This document shows, piece by piece, positions 13,257-26,497 of a stretch of DNA of 64,000 nt. Source of the DNA: Octopus vulgaris (lineage: Eukaryota); the NCBI GenBank assembly GCA_951406725.2, contig OX597820.1, positions 89,156,001 to 89,220,000 on the forward strand, written 5' to 3'. The notes below the pieces were generated by a model, which worked only from the letters and a program-made list of their open reading frames with translations, made no database searches and was not told the origin of the DNA. How positions within the stretch are numbered: position 1 is the stretch's first letter; the number at the start of each line of letters is the position of its first letter. Position numbers and translations under genes: made by a program.

Positions 13257-13798
13257 TATATATATATTTATATATATATATATATATACACACATACATA
13301 TAAGGGTGCGTATCTATATAAAAAGCATGCGTGGGTGTATTCGTATATTCTTTGTATTGTATTCATGTATAACTGGTTTCAAGTTCACTTGAATTACACG
13401 AAAGCATGGAAGCTTAGCGTAAAACGATATCTGTGAGTATATATTTGTTTCTTTCAAGCATGCATACATGAATGTAGGTAGTAACATGCATGAATGCATC
13501 AACGGACAGGGCCATTGAAAGGTGGGTGGTCCAGAATGTTTATCAGTCCAGGTCTCTGTAAATTTTTGACAGAGGTGGTTCGGAGAAGCACACTCCTCTT
13601 CCACTTCCCAGCTAGAGCTTGAAAGCAAACTCGTTCCGTCTCGCAAATTTTCTCTCGGGCTGGTGAGGGAAACGATCCTGCCCACGCATGTATATATATA
13701 AACATATATATATACATACTCAATGTAAAATAATATACACTATTTTATATTGAGAATATGTTGTCTATTGACTTTTGAAATTTCTAAAAATATTCACC

Positions 13799-13868
<70 letters not shown>

Positions 13869-16566
13869 CATTAATACACACACACACAAACACACATATA
13901 TATGCATACACGTGTAGCGGTAGCTAGATAGTTGAATGATCTCTCTTGTAAGAAAGAACATAGAGTAACTTCCCTTTCTAAGTTTCTTGAAGCATCTGTG
14001 TCATGACACCTGATTCTTAATTATTCAAGAAGCTTTGGGCAAGAGACTTCTGTTAAAGCCGCGGGCCTACAAATGTCTTGTGAGTGAATACCGTAGACAA
14101 AAACTGTGTAGAAGCTCTTAGCGCACATACACACGCGCACACACATATAGGTACACACACACACATACACGCATATATATATATATATATGTGGATATAT
14201 GTATATATAAGGTCATGGTTGGGTATAAAGGTAGAGTATTTCCAAAGAAGCACTCAACCTGAGTTCTCAGTTATGAACACTGTCGGATTCCAGCCAAAAA
14301 CCGAAATTCTTCAGATGCAGAAAATTCTGGTTTCATGACGGTAAAACCATTGTGTGGAAGAGTAAAATATTAGCGAAGTGTAAAATATAATTCAAATAAA
14401 AAGACAAAGAAATTAAAGTGTCAAAGTATTTCTTTGGATTATGAATATGTGTGCGTGTGTGTGTGCGTCTACTCCCAGCACCACTTAACAACTTAGATAA
14501 CTTAGCGATTCGGCAAAAGAAACCGATAGAATAAGTACCAGAGTTTAAAAATAATAAGTACTGGAGTTTGTTCGACTAAAAGCGGTGCTCCAGTATGGCC
14601 GCAGTCCAATGACTAAAACAAGTATTAAGTAATAAGAAAAAAAACAAGTAATAAGGAAAAAATTGTAATCTACGCTCTTGGAAATGTGTCCCTGCAAAAT
14701 TTCACTTAAAAATATGCCTTTTTCACAAAGTTATGAGGAAACAAAGTCACCAGCCTGTAATTATGCCGATAGCTTTGACGTCTTTGCACGCAAAATCGTT
14801 AGATCATCGATATAATTTCAAATAACGCTGAGACCAACTTTGCCTTTCATCCTCCCATGATAAATAAGTAATCTATCAGGTATTAGGTCAATGTAATATG
14901 ACCTATAAAACATCGTACCTCAGGTCAGTTCTGATCGAGCTGACCTATGATCAAAGTCCATACTAGCTGTAAACATTCTTTTCTTAGGTGCTGGAATCAA
15001 TGTAGGGGCACTCAGAGCTAATGCTTATCTCTGTATATAGTGGTTACTTATGTAGAAGTCTCTGAGTATTGTTTTGCCTAGGCGGAGGAGTACTATAACA
15101 TTGTTAAGGCGGCCCAATCCAGGACTACATTAACCAACCTGTTTTTTTTCCTAAGACAGTGGGGGATATGAGTTGAGAGGGATTTGGGTGCTATTTCTAG
15201 GAGATTGAGCAACCACGGACAGGCTTCCATCGTTGGAAGTTAAGCATTGTAATCGATATAATCAGCTGCTCCCTTCTCCTAAATATGTGGCCTTGTGCTA
15301 AATCAAGACATTTGTCATAAAAATCGCTTGTTCGCTATTTCTTAAACGACAATATTTATATATATTTCATGCCGACTTTAACCACAGTCGGGCTATATAA
15401 GCAATGCTGTCTATAAAGGTATTGATTTACTGAACAGTTGTTCCGGGAGGGTGGAATTGCATAAGCCTAGGAAGCCCGGTGCTAATTTACGTGTTCTGTA
15501 ACTGTGAATGTAGAGGGCATAGTGCGTTTTTACTTTGCCCGGCGGCCTACAACACGGAGAAAACGGTCTCGAGTATAAGCATTATATATATTATAATATA
15601 AACAAAACAACACGAAACAAGAAATAAAGGAAGGGTGGGGTTTTCATATAAATGAAATTTCGACTTCCCTACCAACTTTTAACAAATAGCAGGGGGCGGA
15701 AAATATGCTTCTAGTACAAGCGTATTATGGTTCAAATGCAGAACGATGTTGAGTAACGGGTCGTTTAAATCGAGCCAGTACTCAACTAGTATTTTTTTGA
15801 TTTTTGTTTCTGGTATTAATATTTGATAAGAAAAGAAAATCGTCTGCAAAATCATAAAATGCTTTTTCAGGAAGAGAGCCTTTCCTTTCAATTTCTGTTT
15901 GTTGTTCTTTAAATGCCATATTTTCTCATATGCATAGTGTGAGAAATTTAATATAAAACTTCAGTATCAAAATTGGGGCACTTATATAAAAATAACAAAC
16001 ACGCAAACAAAAAAAAGCAAAAGAGATAGTATAAAATATAATGCTAGATTTTAGGTAGAGTGGGATCGCATTTTACTCGCAATCGCACAGTAGCTAGAGA
16101 AAATATGTTAATGCAAGTTAAACAAGGAAAAGAAATACACAAACCTTGTTATTGCTTGTTTAGTATATTTCCTTTTTGTATGTAAATCATTTACGAAAAT
16201 GCCTTACTTGTTTGAGTCAGATTAAATATATTTGTTCTAGTTTCTCTATCGGTTCATGAACATATATGTGTATGTGGTAATGCGTGTTTGTATTTATGTA
16301 TTTTGGGAAGTCGGGGAGGTAAATGTTATGATTTTTAAATAAAGTTATAGACAACTTTTCGGAAATGAGACAGAAAATAATTCCAACGTGACTTTTGTAT
16401 TGCAGACAGGAAAAAACCCCCAAAAAAACAAAAAACAACCAGACATCAACAGAATGCAAAAGAAAAATAAGGAAACAATAAAATCCAACTTACATTATAA
16501 TCAACAAGTACGAAGATTTCAGCAACTACACAACACGTTATTATATGTATGTGTGCGGACGTATAT

Positions 16567-16601
<35 letters not shown>

Positions 16602-17034
16602 TTGTATGTATATATGTATATGTGTGTTAGTGTGAGGTTGTTGTTGGTCTAGTATAAGCGGCAAACTCTCACCACATAACCCTGTAATCCGAAATCACAC
16701 ACGGCTTACGAAATTCTTTGTGCATGGTAAAGCAAACTTCAAATTTCAGAATATTTTTAACACGGAACGAATGCTCACTTTTATAGTTTTGAAAACTTTT
16801 ACAAACTTTCACTACTTCTATTTCTCACTACCCTCTTTCTCTCTCTTTGTTTGTTACACATTTTCGTCTATTCCTACCGCCTGTTTGTCTGTCTGTCACT
16901 CACTCACTCACTCACTCTAACTCTCTCTCAATGTAAATATATTTTCTCTCACTTTCTTTCTATCCATTTCTTTCCCACTCGAACTGGTTTTCCCTCCTTT
17001 TTCCCTTCGGTTTTCTTTTCTACCTATTTCTCCC

Positions 17035-17234
17035 TCACTCTACTCTGTCTTTCTATCATTTCTCTGTCACTCTACTCTGTCTTTCTATCATTTCTCTGTC
17101 ACTCTACTCTGTCTTTCTATCATTTCTCTGTCACTCTACTCTGTCTCTCTATCATTTCTCTGTCACTCTACTCTGTCTTTCTATCATTTCTCTGTCACTC
17201 TACTCTGTCTCTCTATCATTTCTCTGTCACTCTC
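17035..17234. repeat. 32-bp minisatellite, about 6 copies
   Basis: Unit cactctactctgtctttctatcatttctctgt. Confidence 0.95.
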
Positions 17235-17806
17235 TTTCTATCCATTTCTTACTCTGCTTGTATGTCTCTCTCTCTCTCTCTCTTCCCTCTCTCTCACACT
17301 CGCTCTTCACTTCGCTTCTTTCTGTCTGTCTCTCTCTTATTCACTGCTGTAAGGTGTAAAACCTGAGAGCTATTTTTCCACGCAGACCTTCTCTCTTCAC
17401 TTCGTTTTTTTTTCACACTCCAGTTTGTGTTAGTTTATTAAGTTAAAACGGAAGTTATGCATACGATAAAGCAAGAAACAATGAAAAAGAAAAAAAAGAA
17501 GAAAAAGGACGAGAGAAGGAAAGAAGGTGAAACTATGAGAATGTGGAGGGAAGGAGGTTGTTACTAAATAACTTTCAGGAACTTTTACGAAAGAATTTCC
17601 CAAAATGAAAATTAAAGCATAAATAAATAAATAAAAACAAAAAACAAAGCTAGAAAAAGGAAGCATTTTAGATAGTGTGCGAAAGAATATATATTAAGTG
17701 AGGGAAGTTGTGGAAAGAGAAAGGTACATTAAACAGAATATACTGTTATTGCTTCTCATGGGTTACTACTGTTTATCAAGGGCATTCACTTCTGTGATGA
17801 CTATCC

Positions 17807-17837
<31 letters not shown>

Positions 17838-18045
17838 GTCGTCGTCGTCATATTAAGCGTGTGTGTGGTTGTGTGGTAGGGAGGGACAGTATCTAAAGTA
17901 TCCTTCCTTTTTATTTTTGTTGTGTGATGCTATTTCATGCATAAGAAAGGACCACTTCGAGGCTTATCCAGCGACACGGTGAAAATGCTAAATCAGGAGA
18001 TGATGAAAGAGATATATGAAAAAAGGGGATGACACTAGAGAGAGG

Positions 18046-18134
<89 letters not shown>

Positions 18135-18189
18135 AGAGAGAGAGAGAATATGTGTGTGTGTATGTATGTGTGTGTGTATGTGTGTGTGT

Positions 18190-18527
18190 GTGAAGGCCCA
18201 TGGTTTAGTGGTTAGAGCGTCGAGCTTACGATCGTGAGGTTGTGAGTTCGATTCCCGTACCGAGCTGTGAGTTGTGTTCTTGAGCAAGACACTTTATTTC
18301 ACGTTGCTCCAGTTAACTCAGCTGTAGAAATGAGATACGACATCACTAGTGCCAAGCTGTATCGGCCCCTTTGCCTTTCCTTTGGATAACATCAGTGGTG
18401 TGGAAAGGGGTGGCTGGTATGCTTGGGCGACTGCTGGCCTTCCACAAACAATCTTACCCTGACTTGTGCCTCGGAGGGTAACTTTCTAGGTGCAATCCCA
18501 TGGTCATTCATGACCGAAGGGGGTCCC
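18190..18527 (+). mobile_element. tRNA-derived SINE family D
   Basis: A box tggtttagtgg, B box gagttcgattccc, CORE-like cttgagcaagacactt. Confidence 0.8.
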
Positions 18528-18802
18528 CTCCTCCTCCTAAACACACACACACACACACACACATGTATAGGTGTGGCTGTGTGGTAAGAAGTTTGCTTCC
18601 CAAACACATTGTTTCTGGGTTCAGTCCCACCTTGGGCAGGTGTCTTCTATTATAACCTTGGGCTGACCAAAACCTTGTGAGTGGATTTGCTCTGAAAGAA
18701 GCCCGTCGTATATATCTTTTACTTGTTTCAATTAGACAGGCCATGCTGGAACACCGCGTTATTTGAGTGTGTGTGTATACATACGTGGTCTTATCAATAT
18801 GT

Positions 18803-19255
18803 ATACGGGCTGTTGCTATAGTAACGAAGCTAAAGCACGCAGAGTAAAGCCGCTTGGCACAGATTGACCTTGAACTCTGCTGTGCATGCGTACTAAGTTT
18901 TAACCTTCTAGCTCACTCACGCTGTATACAACATTGCTTGGAAGGAAGATGTGTAGTGTGTGATCGTCGCATTGATTAGAACAGAATGAATCTGCATCAA
19001 ATTTTGCCAAAAGCTTGGCGATGCTTGTTCTGAGGCCTACGTAAAGTTTTTAAAAAGTTTTCATCGTTTTCGAACACAATCAAGGACATCTTGTGCAACT
19101 GAAACCCGAGTGTTCTTTTAGTCAGCTGAAAGCAGTTTTGACACAAACTTAGCAGACATGCGTCTCATACCCAAATTTTCAGTGATGATGGATTGAACTG
19201 AACCGTAATTAATCTGCTCATTCTCCGATAACTCACGGATGGTGATATATTGAGA
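18803..19255. mobile_element. Rearranged mariner fragment with an internally inverted piece
   Basis: + strand ICIKFCQKLGD; - strand ITIRELSE..GSVQSIITENLGMRRMSAKFV. Confidence 0.65.
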
Positions 19256-19402
19256 AAGCTTAAAGATATTCTTCAGGTGCAAATACATATCATAAAGAAC
19301 TAAATAAATTGAATAATAGAAGAAACGCGAAGTTCCGGGGATGTAAACGCACCAACACCGGTCGTCAAGCGCTGGTGGAGGACAATCACAGATACACACA
19401 TG

Positions 19403-19475
<73 letters not shown>

Positions 19476-19699
19476 GTACATTTTTTATATGTATATATAT
19501 ATATGTATATATATATATATGTATATTTTTACTTATATATAAGATTCTATAGCTTTCAATTGCATATCTTTTACTTTTTTATATTTATATATAATTCTTA
19601 TATACATTTGCAAATCATATAACGTACTTTTATTTTCTTTCTTTTTTTTCATGTATGAATGAGCTACTCCGCGTCGGAAACTGGAGTGATATTTGATTA

Positions 19700-22600
19700 C
19701 TTTACATAGTGTTTGAGTGTCGGTTTGGTGTCTGGAATGGGATAGCTTACCTCCTGGGCAGGTAGAAGCTATTCAACCTTGGTTGGTAAAATACCAAGAA
19801 AGAAATCTCTAAAATAAAACCTGAGGCCTTGGAAGTTCCTGGTTTTGTCAATTTTCATGTCACACCAGCGGAAGTCTTCTTGGGCCAATAGGTAGGGGTA
19901 GTGCAGGCTACACCCACTGAAAATTATTCATCTGCACAGGTACTTCCTGTACACTAAATCTTAGTAAAATCATTCAATTGGCTGGTTGGCAGAAACCTAA
20001 CAATGCACTTGTAACTTTCTCTAAAATGTCGCAAACAGATTCAGTAAATGGCAAAAAACAAAACAAAAAAAAAACTTGGGAACATCAGGGGAACAGGTCT
20101 GGCTCGGCAGGTGTCCCAGTGTATCATAGGCTGAACTCCTGCCACTGTGGTCAAATAATCTTCATGAAAAAGTAAAAAAAAAACCAAAAACATCCTATGA
20201 ATTTTGGCTGTTGGAATGTGTGCACGTTTCTTGATGATAATTTCAACAAGAGGCTAGAAAGGCGTACTGCACTTATTGCATGCGAGCTTAAGAAATATTC
20301 ATTTAATATAGTTGTGCACTATGAAACTCGTCTCTCTGGTGAGGGCCAAGTAAATGAACCTAATTATTGATATGCAATATTTTGGAGAGGCCTACTTAAG
20401 GGTCAGCGTAGAGAATCTCGTGTTGGGCTTGCTCTCAAGAATACATTAGTATCCTCCATTGCAGAGCTTCCGAGTGGTATATCTGAAAGAATCATGTCAT
20501 GCCGAATTAAACTGATAAAAGGTAGATTTCTTACCGTTGTTAGTATTTATGCACCAACAATGTCCCTTTGTAGGACAGTTTTATGATGATCTGGCACAAT
20601 TATTGAGCAAAGTACCAATTTCTGACAAGCTGATCATATTGGGAGATTTCAATGCAAGGGTTGGAAAGAACTATCTTTCATAGCCTGTTTTAGATCGACA
20701 TGGGATTGGAAAATGTAATAAAGATGGAGTAGCTCTTTTGACGCTTTGTACTGAGAATAATCTGGTTGTCACCAACACTGTTTAAGCAGAAAAATAAATA
20801 TAAAACCACCAGGATGCACCCAAGATCTAAGCACTGGCATCTCATAGATTATATTCTGATCAGAAAACGTTTCTAGCGTTCGGGCCATGAGAAGGACAGA
20901 GAGCTGAACTGACCACCTAGTGCGTGGAAAAATAGATTTTTTGATAATGCCTAAAAATCAACAGTCTGGTTCTAAGGTACCCAAAAAGTTAAATGTTGCA
21001 AATTTTAAATTATCAAACAACTTGCAAAGATTCCACGATGCTATAGAAAGTATAAATCTTGACCCAACCAATCTATGGGAAGATTTCAAAACAAAAGTAT
21101 TTCAGGCTGCAAGTTCGTCAGTGGGATTTGAATCACATAAGTCCAGTGGCTGGTTCTCAGATAGATCAGCAGAAATTCATGATCTACTTTTAGAAAAACA
21201 AAACTTAGGTAATACACTTCTTAAGGCGGCGAACTGGCAGAAACGTTAGTACGCCGTGCGAAATGCGTAGCCGTATTTCGTCTGCCGCTACGTTCTGAGT
21301 TCAAATTCCGCCGAGGTCGACTTTGCCTTTCATCCTTTCGGGGTCGATAAATTAAGGACCAGTTACGCACTGGGGTCGATATAATCCGTTTGTCTGTTCT
21401 TGTTTGTCCTCTCTGTGTTTAGCCCCTTGTGGGTAGTAAATACACTTCTTTCTCTGTCCTTGAACCCCAACTCACAGAAAGCTGAAAAGGAAAGTGCAGA
21501 CTGCTCTAAGGGAAATTAAACAGGAATGGTGGAATGATAGAACAAAAGAGGCACATGAAGCAACTGATAGAAATGATGCCAAAGGTTTGAACTCTTATGT
21601 TAAGGAGGTATATGGCCCAAAATCTTCAATAGCTCCAGTGAGAACAGCATATGGACATTTGTTTCTGACTGACACCGCTTCAATTCATAAGCACTGGGTA
21701 GAACATTTTTCTGCACTTTTGAATAGACGATCATCCGCTGACATGAGGACGATAGAAAAAATTGAAAACCTTCCAGTTATAGAAGAGACAGCATTTGAAC
21801 CAACTCTAAATGACATTTATTTAGCTGTGAATAAGTTGAATAACAATTAGTCTACAGGGTCTGATGCAATCTGTGCAGAAGTCTTGAAATATGGGGATGA
21901 CAAAATGTTTCAACTCTTAAATATATTAATTTGTCACTGTTGGAGAACTGATAAACTGCCTCAAGACTGGATTGATACCATTTTAGTCTCCTTGTATAAA
22001 TCGGGGCCAAAGGATCTGTGAGGTAATTTTCGTAGGATTTCGCTTTTGTCTGTGGTTGGAAAGGTACTTGCCCACATTTTGCTAGAACGTTTAAATACCT
22101 TTATAGTTCCAAGTAAGGTGTCTGAGTCTCAGTGTGGTTTTCGTTCCTCCAGGGGCACATCTGATTGTATCTTTACTGTCAGACAATTAAAGAAAAGTAC
22201 ATTGAACAGAATCTTGCTCTATACTATTACTTTGTTGATTTGAGCGAAGCATTCGATACTGTTAATCGAATCTAAGGAAAATAGGTTGCCCAGAAAAATT
22301 TGTAAACATGATCAGGACTTTGTATAAGGATATGTAAGCTACAGTTATCTTTGGTGGTAGGCTCTCTGAATCTTTTGCCGTGGAAAATGGAGTAAAGCAA
22401 GGAGACCTTGATACACCACCCTCTTTGCAATATACTTTGCTGAGGAGGGTATTTACATAAAATATCGAACGAGAGGGAATGGTTTTAATCTGACCAGACT
22501 GAAATTCAAGATGAAGGTTTTTACTTCACTCATTAGGGAACTTTTGTACGCTGACGATTGCGATCTTGTCAGTAATTTTGAAACAGGTCTGCAATCTCTT

Positions 22601-23765
22601 GTATCTGCATTTGACTCGGCTTATGATGATTTTGGCTTGACCATCAACTTGAAAAAAACAGTTGTAATGCATCAACCTGTGTGTGGTGCTGTTTGTAACC
22701 CTCATTAAAATTTTTGTTAAGGGTAAGTTACTTGAGGTTGTCGATTCGCTTATCTACCTTGGAAGCTCTGTTCAAAATGATGGAAATACAGTTGCGAATT
22801 TAAAGGGCAGTAAAAGCATTTGGTGGCTTGGAGTCACGCGTTTGGTGCCAGTGACATATAAATAAGAATACAAAGCTGGCTCTTTACAAATCATTTGTCT
22901 TACCATTCCTGTAGTATTCCTGTGAAACTTGGACTTGTTATGAAAGGCATTTTAAATCGTTAGAACAATTCCACCGAAAATGCCTTCATCGTATTTAAAA
23001 AATTAAATGGAGTTCTTTTACTCCAAACACAGATATCCTTACATCTGCAGGCATCACCTCAATTAAAGCTCTGATTTTGAGGAATCAAATGAGATGGTGA
23101 GACCATATTGTTCGAATCGCAGACGAACACATGCCGAGACAGCTGTTTTATGGTGAGCTTGCATTGGAGGAAACGCTATCGGCGTAAACTTTAAAAAAAG
23201 GTTTAAGGACGGCATAAGGACTACTATGCAGTCACTTAGAATGGATCCAGAAGACATAGAAACCCTTGCTTCGAATCGAGTTGGATGGCGAACAAAAGTG
23301 TGGAGTGGAGTGAAAGTTATTTGAAGAGGCTAGGATAACGCATGCAAGACTCAAAAGAGATCTAAGGAAGAATGCAACAATCGAGAAGGTGAATGACAAT
23401 GACCTTTTTGTGTGCACAGTCTGTGACAGATCATGTATGTCTTTTACTGAGCTCAAATCTCATCTGCGAACCCATGGAAAACGAACCTCCACCAACTATT
23501 CTGCCTATATGTCTGTGCACACCATTAAATGCAGTGTATGCCAGAAGATTTGCAAATCCAACGGAGGCCTCAAAAGACATTTTAAGATCCACAAAGATCA
23601 GAACTTATCTGCAGTTCTTGGTGGTCCAAATCGGATGTGCAATCTGTGTGGGTGTTTTCAGGCATTATCTGGCTTAAAAAGTCACAGCAGATGCCATGAT
23701 GGTGCTAAAGTGTAAGCACAGGAGGTGGTCAGACTCTGCATAAGTGCATAAGGAGTAGACAACCA
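19700..23765 (+). mobile_element. Full-length decayed RTE LINE (APE endonuclease, RT, three C2H2 fingers)
   Basis: WNV, ETRLSGEG, SIYAPT, ILGDFNARVG, WHLIDY, SESQCGFR, GVKQG, LLYADD, CETW; many stops and frameshifts; 5' boundary approximate. Confidence 0.9.
21223..21438 (+). mobile_element. SINE family B inserted into the RTE
   Basis: 12-bp TSD aatacacttctt at 21211-21222 and 21439-21450. Confidence 0.9.
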
Positions 23766-23824
23766 CAATATATACATACATACATATATATATATACATA
23801 TATATATATATGTATATATATAAA

Positions 23825-23877
<53 letters not shown>

Positions 23878-23934
23878 ATATATATAGATTCATAAATACA
23901 CACACGCGCACACATATACACACACACATACGCA

Positions 23935-23975
<41 letters not shown>

Positions 23976-24339
23976 ATAACATGGATAAATTAAGAAGTGG
24001 TGTCAAACGCAGGTGTTATTCAAATCATTTATATTTCCAACATTTGCTTCGAAAAAAGCATTGAGGTTATTCCGGAGGGAATAAAAATGATGTAAGACAA
24101 CGCAAAGAACATCAATAGGTCATTTTAACCGAATGTGATTATCGCGTTCGTAAGTATATGATGTAAAGAGAACGCTCCATTTCTTAATTTATCCATGTTA
24201 TACAAAAACATTTCCCTCAAACCTGGAATTTTTACCTTTATAAGCAGGCTGTAATATCTTTGGCTCTTATGTAAATTTTTGCTACCCTGATAACTATTTA
24301 CTTATTTTTTCCTTGTTAATTGTACACATTAAAAAATAT

Positions 24340-24411
<72 letters not shown>

Positions 24412-24455
24412 ATTATTTTAAAGGTCACAATACATGTATTAAAGCGCTACTAATA

Positions 24456-25740
24456 CGAGGGGCGTTCAATAAGTAATGCCCCTGACCCACTTGCAGTTGT
24501 TTGATCTAGCTGATCATGTGCAATTATTTATATCTCTATAGATTAAGTAGCAAATTACAGCTCTGAACTAATTGTGATTTCTGATTTACAGGTGTTTGAA
24601 CTGAGTCAAGTGTGAAACGGAGCCTGTTGAGTGTCGAGCAGTGATGCGGTTTTTGTATTTGAAAGGACGCACACCACGGAAGACTTTTGATGAAATAAAA
24701 GTAACTTATGGTGATGATGCCCCATCATATGACCTTGTAAAACGTTGGCCTCGTGAATTCATACATGGTCGGAACTTTGTGGAAACAGCTCCCAGATCTG
24801 GTCGCCCCCTTCTGCCATTGATGAGGCATCTGTCCGTCAAGTTGAGGCTGCCATTTTGGAAGATCGACGCATAACTATTCGCCAAATAGCCCATGAGGTC
24901 AAGATTAGTACCGGGTCTGTGGAAACTATCATTCATGACCATTTGCATATGCAAAAGGTGTCTGCCAGATGGATTCCCAGGTTGCTCACACCTTTCCAGA
25001 AGTAAGAACGCGTCGATTGCGCGAGGATGAATTTGAAGATGTGCCAAGAAGATGAGTCAAAATTTTTCAAAAGACTGATTACACAGGATGAAACCTGGGT
25101 CCATCACTATGATCCAGAGACCAAAGCCCAGTCAATGCAGTAGAAGTACCGTGACTCACCTCCTCCAAAGAAAGCAAGGGAGCAGTCCTCCGCTGGCAAG
25201 GTCATGCTCACAGTCTTCTGGGACCATGACGGAGTAGTGACGACAGATTTCCTGGCAAAGGGTGCCACAATTACAGGAGTCTATTATGCTTCACTTCTGA
25301 GGAAATTAAGAGAAGCTATCAAAATCAAGAGGCGGGGCAAGATCAGCAAAGACATCCTCCTCCTGCAGGACAACGCTCCGATCCACAACTCGCGTGTCGC
25401 CAGATCAGAAGCACAGGCGTGCGGCTATGAACTCATCCCCCATCCCCCCTACTCTCCTAACCTGCACCCTCTGATTTTCACCTCTTCCCAGCCATGAAGT
25501 TGTTTTTGAAAGGAAAGCGTTTCCCAGATGATGCAGCCTTGATTTCTGAAGTCACGTCGTGGTTGGAGGACCAAGCTGGGGTCTTCTACAAAAACGGTCT
25601 TCAGAGCTGCATCAAACGATAGGAGAAATGCGTAACTCTGGGTGGTTCCTATGTAGAAAAAGACTAATAACTGTGCCAAGTTTCGTTGCTCTACTGCTAT
25701 GGGAAGTGGGTCAGGGGCATTACTTATTGAACGCCCCTCG
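24456..25740 (+). mobile_element. Full-length mariner with inactivated transposase
   Basis: Perfect 37-bp TIRs cgaggggcgttcaataagtaatgcccctgacccactt; TA TSD; WIPRLL, QDETWVHHY, QDNAPIH, HPPYSPNL; frameshifts and stops. Confidence 0.95.
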
Positions 25741-25881
25741 TACTTTCATATTCTTCAGGCGGAAACCATATATTACGAATTAAAGAAATTGAATAATAGA
25801 AGAAACGCGAAAAAACTGAGAAGGTAGCATAAAGAATTTTCTGTTACGGATCAGTACATTATATAGTATTATATATATATA

Positions 25882-26212
25882 TTGCTTCCCTGTCCTGTTA
25901 TTCTTTATTTGTACTGTTTTTTCTTCATTTGTATTGCTTTTACGTCCTGTTCTTGTCACTTGTTTTACCCCTCTGCAAAAGTATTTTATTTAATTCCTTT
26001 TGCAGGAAGGATTGCTTCAGCCTGGCCGTGTTCTGCCCTTACCTTCGAAACACGCATTGAGTCGAACCAGGGGCAGCTGATGAAGGGGAATTTTCCTTGT
26101 ATTGTTTGTCCTGTACTCTATTTTTTCGTTGTTAAAAAAGTCCGTTTCCTTGTTTGATTTTATGTTTTCGTTTCTCGTTGTGTTCTACGTTTATTTGTGG
26201 TGTCCTGTACTC

Positions 26213-26213
<1 letters not shown>
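25882..26213 (+). mobile_element. Short (TA)n-flanked repeat, probably Penelope-derived
   Basis: T-rich body between TA tracts; contains ..ccttcGAAAc.. and CTGATGA. Confidence 0.4.
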
Positions 26214-26263
<50 letters not shown>

Positions 26264-26397
26264 TGTATATATACATATAGATGTAAGTATGTACATATAT
26301 GTATGTATATATGCATATATTTTATTTATTTATTATATTGTTATTATATGACCGAACGCACGCGTTGTTTCTCTTCTCCAAGTAAGTTTTTATTTGA

Positions 26398-26497
26398 NNN
26401 NNNNNNNNNNNNNNNNNNNNNNNNNNNNNNNNNNNNNNNNNNNNNNNNNNNNNNNNNNNNNNNNNNNNNNNNNNNNNNNNNNNNNNNNNNNNNNNNN
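26398..26497. other. Assembly gap (100 N)
   Basis: Run of N. Confidence 1.

Noticed and set aside
13500-13690. GC-richer island with short ORFs
   Set aside because: No family could be assigned; probably a small TE remnant.
17035-17234. CRISPR-like array
   Set aside because: 32-bp units are contiguous with no spacers; eukaryotic minisatellite.
14700-18010. Possible host exons or promoter in the least repetitive stretch
   Set aside because: No recognisable protein motif or convincing splice-bounded ORF; small exons cannot be excluded without RNA-seq.
18190-18265. tRNA gene (also 3885-3955 and other SINE heads)
   Set aside because: A and B boxes run directly into SINE bodies; no complete cloverleaf or terminator seen.
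23389-23715. Host C2H2 zinc-finger gene
   Set aside because: Contiguous and co-oriented with the RTE ORF2 end; lacks TGEKP linkers.
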